DNA of 64,000 bases from Phoronis australis (taxonomy: Eukaryota; Animalia; Phoronida), in NCBI GenBank assembly GCA_002633005.1, contig NMRA01001046.1:1-64000 (forward strand), read 5' to 3'. The notes beneath the pieces are model-generated. The model ran no database searches and was not told the origin of the DNA. It was given only the letters and a program-made list of their open reading frames with translations. A program made the translations under genes and the position numbers. Positions 36,520 through 50,549 of this stretch are shown piece by piece. Numbering within the stretch: position 1 is the first letter of the stretch; each line of letters starts with the position of its first letter.

Positions 36520-39500
36520 GTAAGTGTCATAAACTACCGACTCCTGCGCTTGGAAAGTTGGCAACGTGTATGCAGCATTACTACATCTGATAATAAAAGA
36601 AAATTCAACGTAAAATAACTTATTCGCACATCAATTCACGAATATGATGTTTCAACTTAAACGTCTCCGCCCTTAACGCAAATTCAACTAGGTTGTTGAG
36701 TTAATAGGAAGTTGTCTTCGATACCCAATCGGATGCCCTAGCCGGTTGACCCGGAAGAACGGATAAGTCAGTCAAGTTTAACCATCACGGCGTAGCGTGT
36801 TTCCCTTCTTTATAATCGCAGGCTGATTGCCTACATGTAAGTAACTTCTGTTTTAGTAAACTTAGTAAAGCAACTTTCTTATATGAGGATCTTTAGTACA
36901 GGATGTATACGATATATGTAAAATTCAAGAAGGATGTGACTCATTCTGTTGGTTAAATACTTATACTTGAACGAGTGTACATGATTGCCGAATGTTTTTC
37001 CGCCGACAGAAGGCATTGTCTACCACACCACAGCTGTAGATACACTGTATGGAGATTGGCTATCACGTGTTAAAGTGAAACGTGGCGGCCATTTTTGTAA
37101 TTTTTTGTGTTATGGACCGCTTAAGCCGATGGCATAAAAGGCTCTAACTTTGAAACTGTGCCTTCTACATGTATGTTGATGAAATAGGTACCGCAGTGGT
37201 GGCATATTCAAACTCATTCTAGCGATCTCTCTTTTCAGATTTTTTGAAATTAAAATGTAAATACTCAGTTTAAATGAAAAACCTGAGTTTAATTAACCTG
37301 TTAATAATAATCGGTCGGCTTTTGTTTCGTTTTATTTGTTCCTTTAGTCAGTATTTTGCATTTAATACTGTTTGTATACCAAGATCCTTTATCAGCCTAG
37401 AGGGCCACGTCGAAATGTTTACAGCGACCTGCGAGCAAACAATATAGCACTGCCTGAGGTGACATTCATAGTAAAACGCCAGATCTCGCTCTCGTCATAC
37501 CTACAGTATATTTCATTATAAATAAACCTAAACATTCCTGTCCAAAATTCACAAATGCAACAGTTGGAGACTTTACAAATGGTCAGGAATGAATTCTTCA
37601 TTACAAATGTCTCTATAGTTTACAGATTCACTGGTCCGGAGAGTGTCTCATTTGTGCAATTTTAGGCAACACTGGCTGATGAACTTGACATGTACTGGTT
37701 TAGTGATTATGACAGACGGCTTAATTGGCCAATCAGAACAAAGCATTCTTGGCACACCTTTGTCTGCGTTTCCAAGCCGCCTTTATACCCGACAAACCAC
37801 ACGTAGTCGAGTAAAACTTACTTTGGTCTATAGCTCAAGAAATTGTCCGCCAAGAATGGGGAAACGGTGTTGATATGGCGTGTGTAGCACCGAAAGCCGT
37901 TATGCTGCTCCAGAATAATATCTCGTCATTTTTTGGCATGTCGTAAGACGAAAAATGATGTTGAAAAGTGTAAACTATGGATCAAACTGTACGGCCACAC
38001 GAGCAGCTGAACTTAGCGATGTTGCTTGATAACTCGAAGGCTATAATGAACACAAATATATTAGTTCCAAGATACGCACTTTTCGGCTTGGTGGCTATGG
38101 TGAAGGGCTATCTCAGGCTCCCGAGTTTCCTACGTGTGGCCGCCTTTTTCATCGTCACCTTACAAATTCCCATATCATGAACGTACGATTCTTTGTTGAA
38201 AAGCATCGCCTCTTGTCTCTGTCGGAGCGTTTTCACATAGTGCAAAAACACTCATTGATTCCACCAGGAACGTCGTTTAGCGACAGTGTATTTGCCTCTG
38301 GCATCTCGTTCGAATGTCGGGTATCACGTGACTTTTCGCATAGGGGCGGAGCTTGCGATAGGTCAATTTATCGGAACGTCGCAATTACCGGCAGGTTCAG
38401 GGCTGCGTTTCGTAGGCACAGGGCACTCAAGAGAAAAGCAAGTGTTATCACAAGGCGATAACTCGCGAAGTCCCCAGTTGCATGAATGACTGATTTATAT
38501 CATTTTAAGAAAAAAATGAGCACTTAAGAGTTCGTTTATGGAATCAAATGCCTCTCGTCTTTGTTACAGCACACAGCAGTTAAATTAGGACTTGTGATTT
38601 GGGGTGGAAAGAAGATTCTCGGTGGTTTTGTACCGATAAAGGCGCCGGTATTTTCCCCAAGAATACCATTTCTTTTTAAGATCTTTGCGGATAGGCAGAC
38701 TGTATGAAGGTTCTTAGCCGTCTAAATCTGTTAAGGAGTAACCAGGTTTTAAGAGAATGCTGATTATTATTCCATCCCTACAGCTATACTCGTGTTCATT
38801 CGCATAGATTCATTTTAGATGTCCAAAGACACTTCAAAACAAGTACTCCAAGTCCCCAAAGCACTTTGTCAACCGTCTTCTGAGCTGCGATACAATGAGG
38901 TTTGTTCACAGCTTAGTTGTGTCTATGATGACCTCTTGATGCTGTTTGGTCGAGAAAAAAATCTGGGGCGCCAAAAAGCCACGGAATATAGGGTAGGGGT
39001 AAAAGACGCTGCACTTAATTAATGGCCGTGGAGAATTAAGTACAGTAGCCATTCGCTTTTCAAAAGTCCATGTACACTCTGTATGTCAAATGTCAAATTG
39101 GCACTTTTTCCATTTTACGACGGATTTAAAGCGACTTGTCATTAGCTGGCTCTAAACGAAAATTAAATTAGACAATTTGCTCTCCTAAAACAAGGTACGT
39201 AGAAGTCCTTAGGGCGGTACAGTTCTATTCCAATTTCCTTTTTCATTTGTTCTATATCAAGAACCTCGATACATCGCCGATTCAGAAAAAAAACTTCACG
39301 TCAATTTTATGGGGGTTTAGTGTGAATTCGAAATTGGGACATTCATGCAGTAATAGGAATTCGAGTTGCCGGCTTATCGGGAAAGAATTAAAGATTGGGA
39401 TGACGGGGTGAGGTTTTTAATCTGCAAAGCAACTTGGTTTGGAATCTTATATTGAGAGCTGAACTGTGACAAAACTCAGCTGTGAGGTCTTTTTCAACAA

Positions 39501-39889
39501 TGAACGACGCGAGTCGTCTGCCGATTTTAATTGGACATTCTGATTTATTGGTGGATAATCGCGACTAGACTTTCAGTTATCCCAAAAAATCGCAAGTTAC
39601 AAGCTCAATAATTGGACAGTGAATGATGAAGCCAGTTTGTTGAGCCCCCGCCTGTGAACATGTGCCTTCTGAAATGAATCATCTTAGCGGGGGCTTACAT
39701 TTAGGTTGAAGCAAACAATGAACTATGGTTTTATTGTTTACTTACTAATGCATGGCCCCCTTGCCCCCTCCCCCCGGGCATTGAATACACTAAAACGTTA
39801 AACGGGTAAAGCAATGGCGCTGGACGAAGTGTTAAATTTCACTGAGTTAAGTTTATTTTCAAGTCTGAGTAATCTGTAACTCATTTTAG

Positions 39890-40222
39890 ATGGTCCGACA
39901 GCGATGTCGCTGTACGTAAACAATACGTTATTCCACGCCGGATGGATCGACGTAACTGCCGGGACTCCTTTAGACATCAGGTGTCTGACAGATGACGTCA
40001 AGCCAGACGGTGGAGCCGAATGGTCTTCGTTGTATGGTGCCACCTTTTCACCTGTGGTGCAGAAATTGTCTGGCAACATCACGGGAACTAAAGTCATCGA
40101 TACATCTGTTGTGATAATCTCCTCCGTGAAATCGCATGCAGATGTGTATTCTTGCGAAGCACACAACCTAGCTGAAAAAAACATTCTGTTTTTTACAAGA
40201 AGCCTCAGGGTGAATGTTAAAT
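39890..40222 (+). CDS. Giant IgSF gene: Ig exon 10 (type C)
   Basis: tcattttag|...T|gtaagt, 333 nt; GPTAM...LDIRCLTD...AEW...HADVYSCEAHN. Confidence 0.88.
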
Positions 40223-40616
40223 GTAAGTAGGTGAGTTTACTTTCAGTGCACGAATCTTTCTCCATGTAGATAGTAATTACTCATCAGAAACAACCCAGGT
40301 ATTTCTGTAGCCTAAACATTTCGTCTGAGGTATGTCAGCAAGTTTGAAAAAAATCTCATCACTTCATTGGATTAGAATTATTTCTGGAGTTGAGAACAAC
40401 TGATTGGTCCAGATTGGTTGACTTTGAAGGTTCCTTCTGGTCAGCGTGCTAAGATAGGGTCGTAAGCAGAAGTCGTCATCAATAACAGATCAACTGTTTT
40501 TAGGCGGAAAAATCGATAAAATAGATGTACAATGTACACCCAATGCTTCGACTCCAGACCATTAAATTGCTTGTCACGGCGGGTTCATGTCAGGTAGCCA
40601 AGGTAGTATGTCCCTT

Positions 40617-41704
40617 CCAAGCGATTTACTTCTGATTAAAAACTTTTCTAAAATAATGTATTGTTTTTGTTGCTAAGACGGGCTCACACGAGATTGCTGT
40701 TTTTTCTGTTCTAAACGAAATTGAATCATGTTCTGTCACTTTTCTGTTAGTTTCATTAGCTAAATATTATATTGACTGCAACCCCTTAGTAACTACAACG
40801 TTACATAAAGTTAGTTAATTATTTTCTGCAAATGTTACAAATTCAATACACAATTGCCGTTGCTTTTATCTCAGCTATCTCTTTCCAAGTAATAAATAGT
40901 TACAAATAAAACTATTTCTTTTACCATAGAAAAAATGTAATATAACGCGCAAGTACATACACATACATGTAGGATGTGATACGCCACATTAACAGTCTGT
41001 GTGATGTATTTAAAAATTTTGGCAAAAAAATGAAAGAAACTTAAGAATTCGAAACGAACGGGGCAAATTCAGTCTCGATCGTTACGCGGAATATTGTCTC
41101 ATGGCATATTACTTCATCCACGCCACTCCCGATACGTTTGTGTATATATTTCCATTTCTNCCAAGCGATTTACTTCTGATTAAAAACTTTTCTAAAATAA
41201 TGTAGTGTTTTTGTTGCTAAGACGGGCTCACACGAGATTGCTGTTTTTTTCTGTTCTAAACGAAATTGAATCATGTTCTGTCACTTTTCTGTTAGTTTCA
41301 TTAGCTAAATATTATATCGACTGCAACTCCTTAGTAACTACAACGTTACATAAAGTTAGTTAATTATTTTCTGCAAATGTTACAAATTCAATACACAATT
41401 GCCGTTGCTTTTATCTCAGTTATCTCTTTCCAAGTAATAAATAGTTGCAAATAAAACTATTTCTTTTACCATAGAAAAAATGTAATATAACGCGCAAGTA
41501 CATACACATACATGTAGGATGTGATACGCCACATTAACAGTCTGTGTGATGTATTTAAAAATTTTGGCAAAAAAATGAAAGAAACTTAAGAATTCGAAAC
41601 GAACGGGGCAAATTCAGTCTCGATCGTTACGCGGAATAATGTCTCATGGCATATTACTTCATCCACGCCACTCCCGATACGTTTGTGTATATATTTCCAT
41701 TTCT
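40617..41704. repeat. Near-identical ~543-bp direct tandem duplication joined by a single N (probable haplotype/assembly artefact)
   Basis: 40617-41159 versus 41161-41704 differ by about 6 substitutions and one T-run indel; N at 41160. Confidence 0.9.
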
Positions 41705-42925
41705 AAGTATGATATGGGCTTTGACACACGCAAAGAGAGAACTCTATTTTTAATTGTCACTGTCAATGGAATTCAGTAAGGACCTTTTTATTCACTGCTC
41801 CTCGTTTAAGGACTAAATCAAAATTTATTTTCATTGAAATTAGGGTCCAGTCTTCAACTGCAGAGAAGGATTTTAAGCAAAGTAAGGCGCAAACACGCAA
41901 AAGATTTTGGGAACTTAGTTGAGCCCCTCTTCGGTATATTGTATTATTCCGTGCAAAAGAACAAAGGTATACTTTTATTTTGAAGATAAAAATACTGTCA
42001 AAAACATGAAGAGTTGTTTTTCAAGGAAAGGCCGTTCAGAAGAAGTTTTTAGACCTCGTTTTGATCAAATTAAATAAAAAACAGACCTGGGCTGCTTTCA
42101 CGTTTTTGGCCTTATCGTAATTACAATATTCACAAACTTCCGGTAAGCGTTTTCCAATTTGCGTGGCATGAGACTAACTTTTGTCATGCCCAAAATAAAT
42201 CACCTGTCGATACACCTAAATGTATGCATAGACCAACCAGCTCGTATACTGAGTTTTTTAGTCAATTGGATGATGTTTATTTTCTTGAAAATTCACTATG
42301 GCCTCGCTGAAGTCCCTAAAAGTTGTAACGCGACTTGAAGACGATTTCCATGTTGCAGTAGATTTGAAACCGGATGTCTCACAAGCCCGGTAAGCCAGCC
42401 AGCACCCTCTGACACGGCGTCAGATATACTGAAAAGCGGCCTTGTGGAAACATGATGGAAGACACACGGAATTCCGTGTGTGGGCATCAATGCACATGCC
42501 TTGGTCGGAAGTACACCGATTACAGTACCACCACTTGCACACGCCTTTTTGCGCTGTATTTATTTGGGTTGAAGCCACTGGAACGGGGCTCCCTTGATTT
42601 TGTTTACTTTGATCACAGCCCGTTTTAGTAAAAACTCAAGTATTCAAGTCAAAAGTGGACGTCATACTTGGTAACTGTAAACTGAAAGGGGTTTCTCAAA
42701 TTTCAACCAATGGAAATGACTGGATGTTTTGGCGTCGTTTTCATTACTCTAAAAATGAGAAGCCATGTTAACCAACATTCGACACTGGTACATGTACCTT
42801 TCGTAACACTGTGAACGAGTGTAACCCAGCCACGTGACTGGTTGTGCAACCCATGGTGACTATGCATTCCAGCTTTAAGATTACGCTTTGCACACATTTT
42901 GTGGACCGATAGCCCTTTGTTACAG

Positions 42926-43246
42926 TTGGACCCTCGCACATGAATGTTACCATAAACGGAAATGAAGTAACCGACTCCGCATACAACTTCACTCACAACC
43001 GTTTCGTCTTAGTCGAGTTTGTGACGGATGAGGCCTACCCGAATGTCACCATGGAAACGCAGTCACCTGGATTAACGGCAAATATCTCGTTTAGAGAGAG
43101 AGAAGGCAGGAGATCGAAATATTTTGTTGCCAGCTTCGGTTTTGTTCCCCAACCGTCTCACAATACCCACTCACTGATTTGTAACGCCTCCAATGTTGAG
43201 ACGCCAACGGTGGTATTCGTGAAAAGTATTACAATGAACGTCATAG
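42926..43246 (+). CDS. Giant IgSF gene: Ig exon 11 (type C-like, first Cys replaced by Phe)
   Basis: tttgttacag|...G|gtaagt, 321 nt; GPSHM...VLVEFVTDEAYP...FGFVPQPSHNTHSLICNASN. Confidence 0.85.
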
Positions 43247-43348
43247 GTAAGTGTGTGGATATGTATATGTAGAGCACTTGAATAATGTATACACTGTATT
43301 TCTTTCGAACAACCTTTTGGAAACAAAATCATTTACGAATGATTTAAT

Positions 43349-44400
43349 TACTCTGCACGCGTAAGCGCAGAGTACTGTTGTTCCTGGGTTTTCTTCAATT
43401 TTATTCTTCTTATTCTTATTCTTCTTCCGACCAAATTTAAGGTTTAATAACTCCAAATTGGGTGCAGGTACGGTCTTTGAATTCAGCATATGACTTTTGA
43501 CATTATATAAATTTTGATTGGTTATTTAATCATATTCCACAATGCACCGGAAGAGGTCGTTTGGTGCAAAGATCATATAATTTTCAAAATGCTACTCCTC
43601 ATTCAGTTTTAAAGCTATCTTTTTCAAATTCGGTGCACAGGTATAAGTCAACATGACAATTTTAAGTAATCAGGTCATCCAATCACGTGAAATAGGTCAA
43701 AGGTCATTAGGTGCAAAAGAGAATTTTGAGCTAGACACTTTAAAGTGACAGGTCTGATTGCCACAGGTAAATCAAATCGGAATCCAAAGTTTCAGGTCAT
43801 TTAGTGTAAACATGGGGTCATTAGATGCATTTTTCTTCTGAAAATTTGACCTTTTCAATCAGCAAGTATTCTAATGTGTCAACCGTTAGACAACTGTGAT
43901 TCTCAGAGTTAAACACATTTTCCATGGGCTTTGCAATAATTCTCCTAAAGATGCTTAAAATGCACTGGATAAGGTCAATTAGTGCAAATGTCATGTAACG
44001 TTCAAAATGTTATATCTCTTACGTTTTTCAAGGAATTCTTTTCGATTTCAGCACACTGGTGTAAGTCAACATGCCAAGTGAATTCCCTACTTTACTTCGC
44101 AATAGGCCTAACCAATCAGAAAAATAGGTCAAAGGTCATTGAGTGCAAAATAAATGTTCAGAATTACGTATCTGTTTACTAAGTGCGATTGAGTTTGAAT
44201 TCTAAATTTTCAGGTCATTTGGTGCACCCATGGGGTCATTAGGTGCATTTTTCTTCTGAAAGTTTGACCACTTCATTCATCTTGTATTCTAAAGTGCTTA
44301 AAGTAAAACATCTGTGATTATTAGCATTCACCACACTTTTAATCGAGTTAACAATTACTCCCTCATCGGGGCTCATAACATTAGTGGAAATGTAATCAAA
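43349..44400 (+). mobile_element. HINE/Helentron-like non-autonomous element
   Basis: 5' hairpin tactctgc...gcagagta, (TTC/TTA)n microsatellite, then two ~420-bp internal repeats containing aggtcaaaggtca; the 3' boundary is approximate. Confidence 0.7.
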
Positions 44401-46457
44401 AAATTAATATGTAATTTCTCCTACAATTTTAAAGAATCCCTTTTCATATTGGTAAACGGGTTGCGGTCAGTAACTTCCCATAATAATTCCAGTAATACGC
44501 ACGCGCAGAGTCCGTTATTGTCACGCCGTAACAATAATCTTTCTAGTTTAATATTGCTAGACTCTTGCATTAAGGCAAGATAACAAGGGTTGCGCAATAT
44601 AGCTATAAATGTATTCTGGTCGACACATGTCGTGGTTTTCTCTTGGACAGCTGTGCGCTTCGTGGTGTTATTAACGATTCCATCATGGCTTCCTCTGAAT
44701 GACAGTTATTTTAAATGTTTGCACCGAGTGTTCATCTCTGCTTGGACTGTTTTTGTATTGTGTAATACATATTTCACAACATCTTGATTAGCCCTCACAG
44801 GTACGCCAAACGTGATATGTGTTCTGTGCGATGTTAACCAATGTATGTGACTAAAAATCTTATAGTACTCATGGGCATTTTTACTCAGCCCGCGGGGAAC
44901 TAGGTCGCAATCTCGTCGCATAGATATCGATAGATAGGCCTATCCAGTGTTCACTTTGCATTGTTGTCTTATGATAAAGACATTGACAAGCAATTATCCC
45001 TAACGAGCTGTTGTTTGTCTAAGATACAATGTCCATGAGACATGTATTGGTATGTCCAAGAAAGACCCAACGAAGAAAAAGAATTCAAGTGTCTTATCGG
45101 CGATAACATTGAGACGCTTTTTCGCCCGTCGCATGGATGTCGCCAATTAAACAATACCCTGCAACTTCCATACCACGTCATTTGGCATGGGCTTCATTTT
45201 AATAGCATAAATAAAAGCAACACGATTTTTCAAATTTCCTTCAATGTCTCAGACATCATCATCACTACAAGCAACCAAAGCCATCTTACGATCTTTATCC
45301 ACGCAGTGCGCAGTAGAGCTACATTTTGCATCACCAGACATAATAGCAAGAAAACGTCTAAACCAGTGGCAGCGTGCTGTGAGCTAGTTGCTCATTCAAT
45401 TCAGGCTTGAACCAGCTGAAGTAAATTGACTCACGTATTTTGAGTTACCTCGTCTCATCCTGATCCAGAATATTAAACCCTTTGCTGAAAGCGCATTCAG
45501 CATTACGGACACTGGATGTTTGCAAGTGGTCCTGAGCGTGATAACTTAATTGTCAGTACCTAAATGTTGTTTAGCCCCGGTTTTAAGGAGGCGAGCAGTT
45601 TCAAAAATGTAGCTGGAACTATAACCAACACAAACAAATGTACATTGTATACTCTGTCCCTCTACTCCTCAAATATAATGCTTCAAAAGTTTGTTAAATT
45701 TTCACTGTGCAACCTTGGAAAAGGAGTGAACAAAGAGAGTTTGAAATATTTACAGTTGTCCATCGGGAAATACTATCAGGTTTAAGTAACCTCTCTCTCG
45801 CAGTAGCTTGTTTATCAAATACATGGATAACCGTTTTTTTTTCAAATTGATCCACACCAAGTGTTGTTATATTTGACAACACAGACCTCATACAAATAGG
45901 GTATAAAATTATTTTATCATGTATACAAACCAATGAAAGTTTTCTTATGAAACACCGATGTAACTACAGTGGACCCTGCAAAGTTATCTGTTAACTCTAG
46001 AGAGAACGTTTGATGTTCAGCCTCAAGCTTAAGGTTGTGTGCTACATCTACTCAATATTCACCATAAAACAAGATTGGCGTCCATAGGCTAGGTCGTAGG
46101 ATACTGCTGACGAATTGCAAATGAATTTGGGGTCATTGGCGGCTCCTGAAGGCCTGGTGACACCACAAATAACCTGGTGAGATGCTCAACGTTTGTCGGT
46201 CAGATACCAATACTTTGGGAACTGCTCAGCACTTATTAGTCGTCGCTAATTATGCGATCGAAATCAGTAAGCACGGACACGACTGTAAAGGCTGAAATAC
46301 ATGTACAATAACACCAGTGCAAGTAACGGGAGCTGAAACCAAAGAGAGATATAAGCACCCCGCTTAAGATACGTTCTTAACGTAGTCCAGCCCTTGCACT
46401 ATATGGTGTATCCTCGACAGTTAAATTCTAATTCCGCAATATGCATGTACCTTTCAG

Positions 46458-46808
46458 CTGGTCCATCGACTCTCACAATCCGGAGTACGGGCGGAATTGT
46501 AAATGGCTCGAGTACATTCTTGGTCGAATTTCAAAGAATATATGAGGTCACTTGCGAAAGTGACAGTGTGAACCCATACCCAGAGATGACGTTTACACTT
46601 CAGAGAAAGCGTATGCGTAACGTTACCAAGAATAGCCACGCATACAACTATCGGTTGTCTACAGACCCGTTATTGATGCAGCGATACGCGGTGAATATGA
46701 CGTTTACGGCTACAACCAACGTCCATGGGATGCCATTGAGCTGCAATGCAAGAAACATCCAAAGCGAAGAACTTTCAGCATACACGTCTGTGGAAGTTAC
46801 ATTAGCAG
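46458..46808 (+). CDS. Giant IgSF gene: Ig exon 12 (type A, short)
   Basis: acctttcag|...G|gtaagt, 351 nt; GPSTL...YEVTCESD...MTFTL...FTATTNVHGMPLSCNARN. Confidence 0.88.
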
Positions 46809-47773
46809 GTAAGTATTAACAACATTGTTCAAGGTGGCTGTGGTCATAATTCCAACTTTTCGCCCTTACTGACACTGATTCGCGGAAACCACGATATGTA
46901 AGCGACGCTATAACTAATTTTGTAAACTGTAATGGCGGTTTTGGCATTACAGTTCAATAGCGATCAATATACACTGAACAGAATCGGAGATCGATTAATT
47001 TTTGGCGCACTCAGTATTCACTTCGTTCAAACTAAAATCTGTTTCAAATCCAATGAATTATCGACACAATCCTGCATCCAACAATATACCATAACCAAGA
47101 CAAAATAAATGTCCTCGTGGCTAGATAGAATGAGAGAGTGTAGAGATAGTACGACTTTATTACTAGCATAGCAATTGCTAAAGTACAATACATAAGCTGG
47201 ATATCATCAAATGTAAACGCTATCCCAGCGAGGATCAGCGTACAACACGATACAACGCAATGTTGGAAAGCATCATCGGTTAATGTTGTTTACTTTTTTC
47301 TCTCTTAACAATTTATTAACAGATACTCCAGCACGATAAAACTCAGCCCGGAAACCGCAGTTAGCATTTTGTTCGGGCTTTAGACAATAAACAAGAACAT
47401 TAAACTGCTTTCCTTATACAATTTCATTATTTTCTCTTCATACATTTTATGCACCATTGAAGGAAAGGTACATGGAATCAATGGGTACTTGAACAATTTT
47501 TAGTGTGCCTTTGTTTTAAAATATGAACATGCTTTTTAATGGTTTGTTGTATCTCCAAGTAGGCAACCCCATCTATTACCCATTTTGCCCATGGTCTAAA
47601 GGGGCAGTAATCACGTAATAGATTAGAGTCAATCAATGGGAGTCAAACGCACAGGCAACATTTGCAATTACCATACAACTAAGAACTTTTATCCAGAATT
47701 GGATATATTTCAGCGTAAATTGATTTAAGGTGTTTGACACGTGTTTTTCATGAATGCTTCGGCTGTTTTTCAG

Positions 47774-48124
47774 TGAGCAAAGTCAACATCACGGTGACCA
47801 TTTACAACGCAACGAACGGCAGTGAAGTGTACAAGTACATCAACGACACCATTGTTGCACAGCGTGATCTTTTTAGCAATGAAGAATACAAGTTTGAATG
47901 CAGCGCCCCTAGCATCTTTCCCAACGTGTCAGTCATCTGGACGCCCAGTAATATTACCAGCTTACCAGTTACGACATCAACTGGAAGCAACCCGACCATA
48001 TTTGCGTCCAACTTCACGCTAAATGTCTCCTCTGTACACAACAAAGCAATGGTGAATTGTACGGTCCAACACGGTGATATACCAGAGTTCCAAAGTATTC
48101 ACTCTATTCTTTTGAATGTCCTCT
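47774..48124 (+). CDS. Giant IgSF gene: Ig exon 13 (type B)
   Basis: tgtttttcag|...T|gtaagt, 351 nt; EYKFEC...VSVIW...VHNKAMVNCTVQH. Confidence 0.9.
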
Positions 48125-48793
48125 GTAAGTTGATACGTAGGTAACGCTGATACACACAGTTGGTTTTTGTGTCCAATATCAGAGTGATGGTTAAATGGGG
48201 TTTTAATGTTGTCGCACCAAAACAATGCCTCAAATGTGATAAAAACAACATTCACACAAAGCAATGTCTTATCTTGTAACAACACTAAACTAGCGATTTG
48301 TGTTCGGCAACATTTGCCTACAGCACCTACAAGTAGCTGCCTAAAGCATTAGCCACGTTTCCTGATTAATAACAAGGCCGCCAAAAATGATAACCTATAA
48401 AAATACATCCATTTCTAAATGAGCAATGTGAAAGAATTATCGACAGTTCCTTTCTTCCGCTGGCAGAAGATTTCCCATTATAGCTGCGATAACCTAATGG
48501 CCTGTGTGCTCAGACACCCATACTGTACAGTACATCCACCTGAAGATCTAGAAAAATCTCAAGAACTTGTATTTTTATTTATTTTTTTCAAAAATATATT
48601 AGAAGGGCGGTCTTACTAAGGACATGGGCCGTATACAGTAAGCCACTACCACTAATGTTGTTATTGAATAAGTTTTAACAAGGTTTTAAAGTATTTTACC
48701 AGCTTCTAATGCACGTGTACCATGTCTGACATCAGGCAAAATGTCGAGCCCTGGCTCACGTTTAAGAATAATACTTTTAATGGTGTATTTTAG

Positions 48794-49177
48794 TTGGACC
48801 TACGACTTTAACCATTGAGAGCAACGTTGATGGCGTTGTCCCTGAGGATCAGTCATCATACTTTGTAAAATTTGGTAAGATGTACAACCTCACGTGCTCA
48901 ACAGACACGGTTTACAAGAACGCCTCTCTAAAATTCGCGTTCGAGATCACCGTTGGAGGAATTTCAGCAGTTGCAACCAAAGCCCAGATGTCACAGTTCG
49001 GTCAAGGAGTGCTTCGTGAAGCAGAACTCGCGTCAAACCCTCCCGACTTGTCGTATAAGGCCGGTATGGGATTCACTGCCGACTTTACAACACACAGAAT
49101 GGTTGCCATATGCTTGGCGGTCAATGATGACTTGCCTAGATTCAAAGTTAAACGATCTGTTTCCATTTTACTTGATG
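48794..49177 (+). CDS. Giant IgSF gene: Ig exon 14 (type A)
   Basis: gtattttag|...G|gtaagt, 384 nt; GPTTL...YNLTC...LKFAF...AQMSQFGQGVL...FTADFTTHRMVAIC. Confidence 0.9.
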
Positions 49178-49916
49178 GTAAGTCATGTTGAGATTGAAAA
49201 CGCGCTACTGCAGGATTAAGTCGCTGTGATACAGAACTCCCCGCCATATGTTTTAGCTGTTTGTTACAGTACGTCGGGAAAAAGATGATATGCCATCCAT
49301 AAAATAGCTTATTTACGTGCTCAAATTTACTCTGAGAAAGTACATGGAGGGCTGAGGTGTGAACGCGACAAATACAAATCTCTAAAATCTTCCTTTCTTC
49401 GGAAGTTAATCCATCCAAATAACTTGAATCAGGGATCATTCCGGCCATTTTTTGTGACCGTCTGTAGAATTACAAGTAATGTGATCACTAGAAAACAGGG
49501 CCAATTATATCATGCACTTTGAGGCAAGTAACATATTGACACAGTTGTGGCAGGGTGATTCAAAAGTACGCAAATAAAATTTACATGTACACGTGCTAAC
49601 TCGTGTGCATTCCAGAAGAGGTCTTTTCATCTTCTGCTATAAACAATACATGTGCAGCACAACAAAAACAGTATACATGAATGTAAGGATGACTTAATGA
49701 ACAGCATGCATGCACCTGCCTTTATGCCAAGTCCGTCCACCATAGTTGGGAATGATTTGTATCTACGATCTTTGGCAGCATACATAGCCAAAAACTGAAA
49801 TGTCACCTTTGTGATTATATGTAGGTACGCGTCGACCATGACAATACATGTAGAGGCCTCAACTAGAAGCTCTCGTACACCCATTGATATTATTCTATAC
49901 CTGTTAGATATAAAGG

Positions 49917-50240
49917 CAGTGGCGGATTTAGGGGAGGGAGGTAAGGGGGTCATGGTTCATCCGTAAAATTCTCCCAGATACCATTTGGAAGTGCGGGGTG
50001 CGAATTGTTGACTACCACATGTGCGCACCCAAGGGGGCTGGGGGGGGGGGGGNGGGCAGTGCATAATTCATAAGCCTTGGACAAACCCCGTTTACCGTTT
50101 TTCTTTTTAGTAATATGGCCAACAAACCCAAAAATTCGAGGCTCCCGAATCCCTTACATTTTAGGAAGGGCGCACACATGTGGCGAAATTATGGCTATTG
50201 TTGTGCCCTGCCCCCCTAACTTAAAATCCTGGATCCGCCT
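49917..50240. mobile_element. hAT-like MITE (CAGTGGCGGAT... / ...GGATCCGCCTG)
   Basis: cagtggcggattta...aaatcctggatccgcctg, with G-rich and C-rich subterminal tracts. Confidence 0.6.
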
Positions 50241-50549
50241 GTTTAAGGGGAGCTTTGAACTAGTTCTAATTGTTAGTTTATGCGTTAAGGTGTGGCCATG
50301 TCTTTTGACGGCCAACTGCTTAAAATCAAGAAGCATCGTTAAAGAAGTGTCTAACATTCCGTCAAAGTCACGGATGTAAGTCATAGCTGGACTGGTACGA
50401 CCTTTGGACATTTTTGCATTGTGGTTTTTTTTCATTACCGTTATCTATGGCGTGCTGTAAATGAATAAGTTTAAAGATTCATTGTCTTTAGTAAATTACA
50501 TATGTTCTTGCTTTCGGATAAGGTAGTGTTGTTTTCGTTTTTGTCCTAG

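Noticed and set aside
40617-41704. Recent 543-bp tandem duplication
   Set aside because: The junction is a single N and the copies differ at an allelic level (~1%). This is most simply two haplotype contig ends placed side by side; read depth would confirm.
44420-45950. Possible decayed viral or transposon ORF on the minus strand
   Set aside because: My translations have stops at near-random frequency and no recognisable motif; a BLASTX search would be needed.
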